A stretch of 28,656 nt of DNA, from contig CAZPQW010000034.1 of assembly GCA_964588985.1 (NCBI GenBank), forward strand, positions 1 to 28,656. The letters are read 5' to 3'. This DNA comes from an uncultured Solirubrobacteraceae bacterium. GTDB lineage: Bacteria > Actinomycetota > Thermoleophilia > Solirubrobacterales > Solirubrobacteraceae. Numbering within the stretch: position 1 is the stretch's first letter; every line of letters begins with the position of its first letter. Under the pieces are notes generated by a model, which did no database searches, was not told where the DNA came from, and saw only the letters and a list, made by a program, of their open reading frames with translations. Both the position numbers and the translations under genes were made by a program. Positions 1-11,161 of this stretch are shown here, one piece after another.

Positions 1-1664
<1,664 letters not shown>

Positions 1665-1754
1665 GGCTGGCGCAAAGCGCTCGGATCGGGTAGAACCGCA
1701 CCAGGCGGCCAGCGCGCCGCGACCAACCACCTGACGCCAACCTTCGGAGGAGCC

Positions 1755-2036
1755 ATGCCCACGTACATCATGCTCTCGACCCTCACCCCCGAGGGCGTGC
1801 AGACGGTCAAGAACAACCCGCAGCGCATCCAGGAGGTCAACAAAGAGGTCGAGCAGCTCGGCGCGCACGTCAAGGCGCAGTGGGCGACCCTCGGCCACGT
1901 CGACTTCATCTCGGTCGTCGAGGCTCCCGACGAGGCCACGATGGCACGCGTGTCGCTCGAGCTGGGCTCGCGCGGGACCGGCCGTTACGAGACGCTCTCG
2001 GCGATCCCGATAGCGGATTTCATCGCCTCTCTGTAA
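1755..2036 (+). CDS. GYD-domain protein (uncharacterised, 93 aa)
   Basis: GGAGG RBS. The sequence MPTYIMLSTLTPEG...AQWATLGHVDFISVVEAPD...GTGRYETLSA matches the GYD family pattern. Confidence 0.8.
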   Translation: MPTYIMLSTLTPEGVQTVKNNPQRIQEVNKEVEQLGAHVKAQWATLGHVDFISVVEAPDEATMARVSLELGSRGTGRYETLSAIPIADFIASL

Positions 2037-2046
2037 CGTAGCCGGC

Positions 2047-2544
2047 ATGGACAGGCCGACAAGCGCGCCGGGCATATCGCTCGTGCCAGAGCCGATGGAG
2101 GAAGCAGAAGTGCAGGCGCAGCTCGACGACATCGACGTGGACGCCCCGCGCGTGGGCATCGTGATGGGCTCCAAGAGCGACATGGAGACGATGGAGAAGG
2201 CCGCGAAGGAGCTCGAAGAGCGCGGCATCCTGCACGAGATGCGCGTCATGTCCGCCCACCGCGAGCCGGACGTCGTCGCGGAATACGCAAAGAACGCGCG
2301 CATGCGCGGGCTGCGCGTGATCATCGCCGGCGCGGGCATCTCGGCGGCCCTCCCGGGCGCGGTTGCCGCGCACACAGACCTCCCTGTCATAGGCGTGCCG
2401 CTCTCGGGCCGCCTCACCGCCGCGGGCGGACTCGACGCGATCCTCTCGATCGTGCAGATGCCTCCCGGCGTGCCGGTGGCCTGTGTGGGCCTGGACAACC
2501 CGCGCAACGCGGCCATCCTCGCCGCGCAGATCCTCGGCGCATGA
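2047..2544 (+). CDS. purE: PurE (N5-CAIR mutase / AIR carboxylase family)
   Basis: VGIVMGSKSD, SAHR, LPVIGVP, GGLDAILSIVQMPPGVPVA motifs. Acidic N-terminal extension. TAACGT lies 7 nt before the ATG. Confidence 0.95.
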   Translation: MDRPTSAPGISLVPEPMEEAEVQAQLDDIDVDAPRVGIVMGSKSDMETMEKAAKELEERGILHEMRVMSAHREPDVVAEYAKNARMRGLRVIIAGAGISAALPGAVAAHTDLPVIGVPLSGRLTAAGGLDAILSIVQMPPGVPVACVGLDNPRNAAILAAQILGA

Positions 2545-3833
2545 TCTCCCGCTACAGCCGCCCCGACCTGGCGGCCCTGTGGACCGACCAGGCGCGGATG
2601 GAGGCCTGGCGGCGTGTGGAGGTGGCCGCCTGCGAGGAGCTGCCCTCGTTGCTCGGCGACGGCGGTCCCGGCGAGGCGGAGCTGGAGGCGATCCGCGCGG
2701 CGTGCTTCACCGTGGCGGAGGTGAACGAGCGCGAGCGTACGACCGACCACGACATGGCGGCGTTCGTGGACGTGCTCGCCGCCTCCGCGGGCGAGGCGGG
2801 GCGCTGGATCCACTTCGGGCTGACCTCCTCCGACGTGCTCGACACGGCGCTCGCGCTGCAGCTGCACGAGGCCGGACAGGTGATCGCAGCGGGAGCGCAT
2901 GAGCTGGTCAACGCCTTCGCCACGCGCGCGCGCGAGCACGCCGACACGCTGTGCGTGGGGCGCACCCATGGGGTCCACGCTGAGCCGACCACGTTCGGGA
3001 TCAAGCTCGCGGGCTTCGCCTTCGAGGCCCACCGCAACGCGATCCGCCTCGACCGCGCCTTCGAGCAGGTCGCCGTGGGCGCGCTGTCGGGCGCGGTCGG
3101 CACCTACGCCGCGACCGGCCCCGAGTTCGAGAAGCGCGTGCTCGATCGTCTGGGCCTCGCGCGCGAGGACGTCTCCACGCAGGTCGTGCCACGCGACCGC
3201 CATGCGGAGCTGCTGAGCGCGATCGCGCTCGCGGGAGCGGGGCTGGAGCGCTTCGCCACCGAGCTGCGCCACCTGCAGCGCACCGAGGTGCGCGAGGCGC
3301 AGGAGCCGTTCCGCTCCGGGCAGAAGGGCTCCTCGGCGATGCCGCATAAGCGCAACCCGATCAAGAGCGAGCAGATCTCGGGGCTCGCGCGCGTGCTGCG
3401 CGGCAACGCCCAGGCGGGCCTCGAGAACGTCGCGCTGTGGCACGAGCGCGACATCTCCCACTCCTCCGTCGAGCGCATCGTGCTGCCCGACTCCACGATC
3501 CTGCTCGACTACCTACTGCACCGCACGATCGCGCTCGTGCGGGACATGACGGTGGACGCCGAGCGGATGCGCGCGAACCTCGAGTTGACGCACGGCGCGC
3601 TGTTCTCCCAGCGCGTGCTGCTCGCGCTCGTCGAGGCGGGCTCCTCCCGCGACGACGCCTACCGCGTCACGCAGGAGCTCGCGCAGTACGCGTGGGATCA
3701 CGGGACGCCGCTGCGCGACCTGCTCGCCGAGGACGACCGCGCGAGCGCCCTCGACCTCGACGCGATCTTCGACTACTCGCACTACACGCGCCACGCCGAG
3801 GCGATCCTCGCGCGTCTCGACGAGATCGCCTGA
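2541..3833 (+). CDS. purB: Adenylosuccinate lyase
   Basis: [19 protein letters not shown], and the fumarate-lyase signature [15 protein letters not shown] overlap with purE. Confidence 0.97.
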   Translation: MISRYSRPDLAALWTDQARMEAWRRVEVAACEELPSLLGDGGPGEAELEAIRAACFTVAEVNERERTTDHDMAAFVDVLAASAGEAGRWIHFGLTSSDVLDTALALQLHEAGQVIAAGAHELVNAFATRAREHADTLCVGRTHGVHAEPTTFGIKLAGFAFEAHRNAIRLDRAFEQVAVGALSGAVGTYAATGPEFEKRVLDRLGLAREDVSTQVVPRDRHAELLSAIALAGAGLERFATELRHLQRTEVREAQEPFRSGQKGSSAMPHKRNPIKSEQISGLARVLRGNAQAGLENVALWHERDISHSSVERIVLPDSTILLDYLLHRTIALVRDMTVDAERMRANLELTHGALFSQRVLLALVEAGSSRDDAYRVTQELAQYAWDHGTPLRDLLAEDDRASALDLDAIFDYSHYTRHAEAILARLDEIA

Positions 3834-3879
3834 CAGCATCCGGGCGGCGGGTCCGAGTCGGTTGCTAGCATCGCCCCAC

Positions 3880-4800
3880 GTGACCCCCCTGCTCGCCGAC
3901 CTGCCCCTCCTCGCCAGCGGGAAGGTGCGCGAGATGTACGAGCTGCCGGGCGCCGAGCGGCGCCTGCTGATGGTCGCGAGCGACCGCATCTCCACCTACG
4001 ACGCGGTCCACCCGACGCTGATCCCGGACAAGGGCAAGGTGCTCACGGGGCTGTCGGTGTTCTGGTTCGAGAAGACCGGCCACATCGTCGCCAACCACCT
4101 CGTCTCCGCCACCGACGGCGTGCCGGAGTCCGAGCGCGGTCGCGCGCTGGCGGTGAAAGCGCTCGCGATGCTGCCGGTGGAGTGCGTGGTGCGCGGCTAC
4201 ATCACGGGCTCCGGCTGGAAGGACTACCAGGCGACGGGCAGCGTGTCGGGGATCGAGCTGCCGCCGGGGCTGCGCGAGTCCGAGCAGCTGCCGCAGCCGA
4301 TCTTCACGCCCTCCACGAAGGCCGAGACGGGCCACGACGAGGCGATCGACTTCGATCGCGCGGCGGAGCTGGTGGGCGACCGCGAGCTGATGCAGCGTGT
4401 GGCTGATGTGTCGATCGAGCTGTACTCGTTCGCCGCGGAGCACGCGCGCGCCCACGGCGTGATCCTCGCGGACACCAAGTTCGAGTTCGGGATCGACGAG
4501 AGCGACCCGGCCCGGCCATTGGTGGTCGGCGACGAGGTGCTGACGCCGGACTCCTCGCGCTACTGGCCCGCGGACGGCTACGAGCCCGGCCGCGGACAGC
4601 CGAGCTTCGACAAGCAGTACGTGCGCGACTGGGCCTCGGCGAGCGGCTGGGACAAGAAGCCTCCCGCCCCCGCGATCCCCGACGACGTGGTCGCCGGCAC
4701 CCGCGCGCGCTACGTGGAGGCGTACGAGCGCATCACCGGCCAGCCGTTCCAGGCGTGGCTCGATCGCTCTGGCGCGAGCGCCGCCGGCGAGCCTGCGTGA
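3880..4800 (+). CDS. purC: SAICAR synthetase
   Basis: SGKVRE, SDRISTYD, ECVVRGY, ADTKFEFG, DEVLTPDSSR, SFDKQYVRD. Start placed at GTG 3880 because TGcTAGCAT (3863-3871) precedes it. The ORF track start is 3862. Confidence 0.96.
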   Translation: MTPLLADLPLLASGKVREMYELPGAERRLLMVASDRISTYDAVHPTLIPDKGKVLTGLSVFWFEKTGHIVANHLVSATDGVPESERGRALAVKALAMLPVECVVRGYITGSGWKDYQATGSVSGIELPPGLRESEQLPQPIFTPSTKAETGHDEAIDFDRAAELVGDRELMQRVADVSIELYSFAAEHARAHGVILADTKFEFGIDESDPARPLVVGDEVLTPDSSRYWPADGYEPGRGQPSFDKQYVRDWASASGWDKKPPAPAIPDDVVAGTRARYVEAYERITGQPFQAWLDRSGASAAGEPA

Positions 4801-5030
4801 GGGCGCGTGTCCTGATCCGCCCGAAGGAGGGCATCCTCGACCCGCAGGGCGTCGCCGTCGAGCGCGCGCTTCCCGCGCTCGGCTTCTGCGGGGTCGCCAA
4901 CGTCCACATCGGACGGCTGGTCGAGCTGGACGTGGAGGACCCGTCGCAGCTGGAGGCGATGTGCGAGAAGCTGCTCGCCAACCCGCTCGTCGAGGACTAC
5001 GAGATCCAGATGCTCGGCGGTGACCTGTGA
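4797..5030 (+). CDS. purS: FGAM synthetase subunit PurS
   Basis: The GTG start overlaps the purC stop (GTGA). Motifs PKEGILDPQG and MCEKLLANPLVEDY. Confidence 0.95.
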   Translation: MRARVLIRPKEGILDPQGVAVERALPALGFCGVANVHIGRLVELDVEDPSQLEAMCEKLLANPLVEDYEIQMLGGDL

Positions 5031-5031
5031 G

Positions 5032-5070
5032 TATGTGCAGGTGTATATGTGCATGTGCTAATGTAGGCGT
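5032..5070 (+). promoter_or_regulatory. Leaderless extended -10 promoter with tandem ATGTGC repeats (putative RHH autoregulatory operator) for vapBC
   Basis: TGcTAATGT at 5056-5064, 6 nt before ATG 5071. ATGTGC occurs three times (5033, 5047, 5053) in this short AT-richer spacer. Confidence 0.6.
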
Positions 5071-5355
5071 ATGTCTTCCTCTGCTTCCCTGACACGCAGA
5101 ACCCAACTGCTGCTCGATGACGAGTTGCATCGGCGTCTGCGCGAGACAGCTGCGCAAAGGGGAATCTCGATGGGGGCGCTGATCCGCGAGGCGATTGACG
5201 AGAAGCTCTCCAGCACCCAGGATGCTCGCGCTCAGGCGATTCAGGAGCTGCTCGACGCGGAGCCAATGCCCGTCCAGGATTGGCCGATCATGAAGCGGCA
5301 GATGATCGAAGACATGAACGCTGGCGGTATGAGCCTGCTCGACACGTACGAGTGA
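5071..5355 (+). CDS. Ribbon-helix-helix (CopG-like) antitoxin, VapB type
   Basis: RRTQLLLDDELHRRLRETAAQRGISMGALIREAIDE has the RHH pattern. It lies directly upstream of a PIN gene. Confidence 0.85.
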   Translation: MSSSASLTRRTQLLLDDELHRRLRETAAQRGISMGALIREAIDEKLSSTQDARAQAIQELLDAEPMPVQDWPIMKRQMIEDMNAGGMSLLDTYE

Positions 5356-5362
5356 CCTGCCA

Positions 5363-5797
5363 GTGCGCAGGTTCCTCTTCGACACCGGCGTCTTCATCTA
5401 CGCGCTTGGAGGCGATCACCCATACCGTGAGCCATGCAGGGCCATCCTGCGCGAGGTGCAGGAGAGGCGCCTCGCGGCCGAGGCCAGCGTCGAGTTGATT
5501 CACGAGCTCGCCTATGTCCGCATGCGCCAGGTGGGACGCCGCGCGGACGCCGCGCGCTCCGCTCACGCAGTCAGGCGTTCCTTTTCGTTGCACACGGTCG
5601 AGCCGAACGACATGGAGCGCGCACTGGACCTGTGGTCCGAACACGAGCGGCTCGACGTACGCGATGCGATCTTTGCGGCCCAGGCTCTCAATCGCGGTAT
5701 CGATGCGATTCTCAGCCCCGATACGGACTTCGATGGCATATCTGGGCTCGAGCGGATCGACCCGGGAGACGCTGAGGCCGTCGCGGCGCTGGCATGA
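5363..5797 (+). CDS. vapC: PIN-domain toxin, VapC family
   Basis: FLFDTGVFIY, SVELIHE, DVRDAIFAA and ILSPDTDFD supply the conserved acidic PIN residues. The stop overlaps the purQ ATG (ATGA). Confidence 0.9.
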   Translation: MRRFLFDTGVFIYALGGDHPYREPCRAILREVQERRLAAEASVELIHELAYVRMRQVGRRADAARSAHAVRRSFSLHTVEPNDMERALDLWSEHERLDVRDAIFAAQALNRGIDAILSPDTDFDGISGLERIDPGDAEAVAALA

Positions 5798-6471
5798 AGT
5801 TCGGCGTCCTCCAGTTTCCGGGTAGCTGCGACGAGGTCGACGCGCTGAACGCCGCGAGGCGGGTGGCCGACGCGGAGCTGATCTGGCACGGCGACCGCGA
5901 CCTGAAAGGCGCCGACGCGATCGTCGTCCCCGGCGGGTTCTCCTACGGCGACTACCTGCGCGCGGGTGCGATCGCGCGCTTCAGCCCCGCGATGGAGTCG
6001 GTGATCTCCTTCGCAAACGACGGCGGCCTCGTGCTGGGGATCTGCAACGGCTTCCAGGTTCTGTGCGAGGCGCACCTGCTGCCGGGGGCGCTGCTCGGCA
6101 ACGCGAACCTGCGCTTCACCTCGCGCCAGGTGCAGCTCGAGGTGATCAACAGCGGCGGCTCGTTCACGATGGGCTGCGCGCTCGGCGAGCGCCTGTCGAT
6201 CCCCGCCAAGCACGCGTGGGGGCGCTACCACGCCGACCCCGACACGCTCGCCGCGATGGACCGAGCGGGGCAGTTCGTGCTGCGCTACGCGCCCGGCGAG
6301 AACTTCAACGGCTCCGTCCACGACATCGCGGGCGTGTGCAACGAGCGCGGCAACGTGTTCGGCATGATGCCCCACCCCGAGCACGCGGTCGACGAGCTCA
6401 CGGGCGGCTCCGCGGACGGGCTGAAGATCTTCCAGTCGATGCGCCTCGCCGTCGAGGGCGCGCGTGTCTGA
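5794..6471 (+). CDS. purQ: FGAM synthetase glutaminase subunit PurQ
   Basis: [23 protein letters not shown] (catalytic Cys), GMMPHPE (His-Glu). Confidence 0.96.
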   Translation: MKFGVLQFPGSCDEVDALNAARRVADAELIWHGDRDLKGADAIVVPGGFSYGDYLRAGAIARFSPAMESVISFANDGGLVLGICNGFQVLCEAHLLPGALLGNANLRFTSRQVQLEVINSGGSFTMGCALGERLSIPAKHAWGRYHADPDTLAAMDRAGQFVLRYAPGENFNGSVHDIAGVCNERGNVFGMMPHPEHAVDELTGGSADGLKIFQSMRLAVEGARV

Positions 6472-8692
6472 GGTCGAGCAGATGCCTGGCCTGCAGGACG
6501 CGCTCGCGCTCGGGCTGACCGCCGCGGAGTATGAGCTCGTGTGCGAGAAGCAGGGGGGGCAGGCGCCCAACCAGGTCGAGCTGGCGATGTACTCGTTGCT
6601 GTGGAGCGAGCACTGCGCCTACAAGCACTCCAAGAAGCTGCTCCGCAGCCTGCCGACGGAGGGCGCGGCCGTGGTGATGGGTCCGGGAGAGAACGCCGGC
6701 GCGGTTGACGTCGGCGGCGGTCTCGTGTGCGCGTTCAAGGTCGAGTCGCACAACCACCCCAGCGCGGTCGAGCCGTTCCAGGGCGCGGCCACGGGGGTCG
6801 GCGGCATCCTGCGCGACATCTTCGCCATCGGCGCGCGCCCGATCGCGGTGCTCGACTCGCTGCGCTTCGGGGAGCCGGGCACGGGAGGCGGCGATGGCTC
6901 CCGGGCGCGCTACCTGCTCGACGGCGCGGTGTCGGGGATCGGCCACTACGGCAACTCGATCGGCGTGCCGACCGTCGGCGGCGAGGTGTACTTCGAGGGC
7001 CCCTACGAGCAGAACTGCCTCGTAAACGCGATGGCGCTCGGCCTCGCGCCGCGCGAGCAGCTGATCCGCAGCGCCGCCGCCGGCCCCGGCAACGTGCTGA
7101 TCCTGTTCGGCGCCTCCACCGGGCGCGACGGCATCGGCGGCGCGTCGGTGCTCGCCTCCGCGGAGCTCGGCGAGGGCGACGCGGACAAGCGCCCCACGGT
7201 GCAGGTGGGCGACCCGTTCGAGGAGAAGAAGCTGCTCGAGTGCTCGCTCGAGCTGCTCGCACGCGGCCTGATCGTCTCGCTGCAGGACCTCGGCGCCGCC
7301 GGCCTCACCTCCTCCGCGTCGGAGATGGCCTCCAAGGGCGAGGTTGGGATCGACATCGACGTCGCCAGGGTCCCGCTGCGCGAGCCCGGCATGGAGCCGT
7401 TCGAGGTGATGGTCAGCGAGTCCCAGGAGCGGATGCTCTGTGTGGTCGAGCCCGCGAACGTGGACGCGGTGATGGCGCTGTGCGAGAAGTGGGAGGTCAA
7501 CGGCGCCGCGATCGGCGTCGTCACAGACTCCGGGCGGATGCGCGTGCTCGATGACGGCGAGCTCGTGGGGGACATGCCAGTGCGCGCGCTCGTTGACGAC
7601 TGCCCGCTCTACGACCTGCACCCGGTCAAGCCGAGTGAGCCGGTCTACCCCGCACCCGCGGCCACGCCCGGCGTGTCGCTCGACGCCTCGCCCCGCGAGA
7701 CGCTGCTCGCGCTGCTCTCCAGCCCGAACATCGCCTCGCGCCGCCCGCTCTTCGAGCAGTACGACTCGATCGTCCAGTCCCGTACCGTGCGCCGCCCCGA
7801 GCAGGCTGACGCGGCCGTGCTGCTGCTCCCCGACGGCAGCGCGCTGGGCGTGTCGATCGATTGCAACGGTCGGCGCGTAGCCGCCGACCCCTACCGCGGC
7901 ACGATCGAGGCGGTGCTCGAGTGCGCCGCGAACCTCGCGTGCGTCGGCGCTCAGCCGCTCGGCACCACCAACAACCTCAACTTCGGCAACCCCGAGAAGC
8001 CGCACATCGCGTGGCAGCTCACCGAAGCGGTCCGCGGCCTCGGCGAGGCGTGCCGCGCGCTCGACGCGCCGATCGTCGGCGGCAACGTGTCGCTCTACAA
8101 CGAGGGCGCCACCGGCCCCATCTACCCCACGCCTGTCATCGGCATGGTCGGCCGCCTCCCCGACGCGCGCCGCGCCGGGCGGCTGGGCTTCGCGAAGGAG
8201 GGCGACGCGATCGCGCTCGTCGGGCCGTTCAACCCCGCGCTGCCCGCGAGTGAGTTGGCGAAGCTGCTCGGCCACGCGCTCCCCGACGGCCTGCCCGAGA
8301 TCGACATCGACGCCGTGCGCGCCACCCACGCGGCCATCCGCGACGCCGTGCGCGCGGGCGACCTGTCGAGCGCCCACGACATCGCCGAGGGCGGCCTCGC
8401 GACCGCGCTCGCCGAGTGCTGCCTCGCGGGAGACGTCGGCGCTCTGGTCGACATCGCGGCGGTAGCCACGGACGCCACCGACGCGCTCTTCGGCGAGGGC
8501 CCGGGCGGGTTCGTCGTCAGCGGCCCCGCCGAGGCGCTGAGCGAGCTGGGCGCCCATGCGCCGGTGCTCGTGCTCGGCGCGGTGGGCGGCCGGGAGATGG
8601 AGATAAATCACTCGGGCGCGAATGTCAACCTCAGCGCAACGCTCGCCGAGCTTTCCGAGTCACACGGCGCGCTCGCCGATCTCTTCTCATGA
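6464..8692 (+). CDS. purL: FGAM synthetase subunit PurL (small type)
   Basis: [50 protein letters not shown]. 742 aa. Confidence 0.97.
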   Translation: MSEVEQMPGLQDALALGLTAAEYELVCEKQGGQAPNQVELAMYSLLWSEHCAYKHSKKLLRSLPTEGAAVVMGPGENAGAVDVGGGLVCAFKVESHNHPSAVEPFQGAATGVGGILRDIFAIGARPIAVLDSLRFGEPGTGGGDGSRARYLLDGAVSGIGHYGNSIGVPTVGGEVYFEGPYEQNCLVNAMALGLAPREQLIRSAAAGPGNVLILFGASTGRDGIGGASVLASAELGEGDADKRPTVQVGDPFEEKKLLECSLELLARGLIVSLQDLGAAGLTSSASEMASKGEVGIDIDVARVPLREPGMEPFEVMVSESQERMLCVVEPANVDAVMALCEKWEVNGAAIGVVTDSGRMRVLDDGELVGDMPVRALVDDCPLYDLHPVKPSEPVYPAPAATPGVSLDASPRETLLALLSSPNIASRRPLFEQYDSIVQSRTVRRPEQADAAVLLLPDGSALGVSIDCNGRRVAADPYRGTIEAVLECAANLACVGAQPLGTTNNLNFGNPEKPHIAWQLTEAVRGLGEACRALDAPIVGGNVSLYNEGATGPIYPTPVIGMVGRLPDARRAGRLGFAKEGDAIALVGPFNPALPASELAKLLGHALPDGLPEIDIDAVRATHAAIRDAVRAGDLSSAHDIAEGGLATALAECCLAGDVGALVDIAAVATDATDALFGEGPGGFVVSGPAEALSELGAHAPVLVLGAVGGREMEINHSGANVNLSATLAELSESHGALADLFS

Positions 8693-8699
8693 TGGTCGG

Positions 8700-8727
8700 C
8701 CCAACACGCCCTGCTAGCTTGTTGGGA
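8700..8727 (+). promoter_or_regulatory. Internal leaderless promoter for purF, inside a 7-bp inverted repeat
   Basis: TGcTAGCTT at 8712-8720, 7 nt before ATG 8728. Inverted repeat CCCAACA (8700-8706) / TGTTGGG (8720-8726). Confidence 0.45.
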
Positions 8728-10215
<1,488 letters not shown>

Positions 10216-10218
10216 GCG

Positions 10219-10371
10219 CTAGCTGAAGTGGTAGTCGCGGGCGCCCGACGCGTCGTTGTGGCGGTTGTTGTACGGCCGGTGAGAGATCATCTCTCCGTCG
10301 CCTCGCTCTGAGCGCAGGCCGAAGCCGAGCGCCGCGACGATGATGAGGGTTACGAGGATTGCTGTGAACAT
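10219..10371 (-). CDS. Small (50 aa) single-pass membrane or secreted protein of unknown function
   Basis: MFTAILVTLIIVAALGFGLRSERGDGEMISHRPYNNRHNDASGARDYHFS. Hydrophobic N-terminus, AGGA upstream of the ATG, and it fills the purF-purN gap. Confidence 0.65.
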   Translation of the reverse strand: MFTAILVTLIIVAALGFGLRSERGDGEMISHRPYNNRHNDASGARDYHFS

Positions 10372-10475
10372 GGGCCTGTCCTGTGTTTCGATGATCGAGG
10401 GAACGTGCTTTCCCAGACATCGACGCCGCACGCGCCCCCGCTGACAGTAGTTTGGTGCACGCCGGCAGCGGACTA

Positions 10476-10491
10476 TGTGTGATGGGTCACA
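10476..10491. promoter_or_regulatory. CRP/FNR-like palindromic operator in the divergent small-ORF/purN spacer
   Basis: TGTGTgatgggTCACA is one mismatch from TGTGA-N6-TCACA. It also reads as a perfect TGTGA-N4-TCACA. Confidence 0.45.
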
Positions 10492-10508
10492 GCTATCGTG
10501 CGGATCGC

Positions 10509-11150
10509 GTGACCGACTCACTTCCCATCGCCGTGCTGGTATCAGGGACCGGCACCAACCTGGGGGCGCTGCTGGAGACGGTGCACGAGGCGCAGGCAGA
10601 GATCGTGGGGGTGGCTTCGAGCATCGCCGGAGTGCCGGCGCTCGAGCGGGCCGATGCGGCGGGCGTGCCCACGGCCGTGTTCCCCCGCGGCGAGTATCCC
10701 GACCGTGGTGCCCGCGACGATGCGCTCGCCGACTGGATCGAGGAGCGCGGCGCGCGGCTGGTGGTGCTCGCCGGCTACATGGAGCTGCTCGGCGCCCCGT
10801 TCCTCGACCGCTTCCCCGACGCGGTCATCAACGTCCACCCGTCGTTGCTGCCCGCGTTCACCGGCCTCAATGCGATCGAGCAGGCGCTCTCCTACGGGGT
10901 GAAGGTGTTCGGCGTGACCGTGCACTTCGTCGACGCGGGCGTCGACTCCGGCTGCGTGATCCTCCAGCGCGCCGTCGAGCTGCCCCACGCGCGCGACCCG
11001 CAGGAGGTGCTCGCCGCGCTGCGCCCGCTCGAGCACGCGCTGCTGCCGCAGGCCGTGCGGCTGATCGCCGCCGGTGCGCTGAGGGCCGACCCGGAGAACC
11101 CGCGCAGGCAGCTGATCGATCGCGCGGCGCTCGCCGCGGACGAAGGATAG
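10509..11150 (+). CDS. purN: Phosphoribosylglycinamide formyltransferase
   Basis: AVLVSGTGTNL, VLAGYM, INVHPSLLP, GVTVHFVDAGVDSG. Start placed at GTG 10509. Confidence 0.95.
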   Translation: MTDSLPIAVLVSGTGTNLGALLETVHEAQAEIVGVASSIAGVPALERADAAGVPTAVFPRGEYPDRGARDDALADWIEERGARLVVLAGYMELLGAPFLDRFPDAVINVHPSLLPAFTGLNAIEQALSYGVKVFGVTVHFVDAGVDSGCVILQRAVELPHARDPQEVLAALRPLEHALLPQAVRLIAAGALRADPENPRRQLIDRAALAADEG

Positions 11151-11161
11151 GCTCCGGGCAG

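Noticed and set aside
5020-5359. 8-bp direct repeat GTGACCTG at the end of purS and the end of the antitoxin gene
   Set aside because: It brackets only the antitoxin, not the whole insertion, and is too short to be a credible target-site duplication.
10372-11161. Possible ZTP (pfl) or purine riboswitch ahead of purN/purH
   Set aside because: No recognisable consensus elements, and the purN-purH gap is only 11 nt. An Rfam scan would be decisive.
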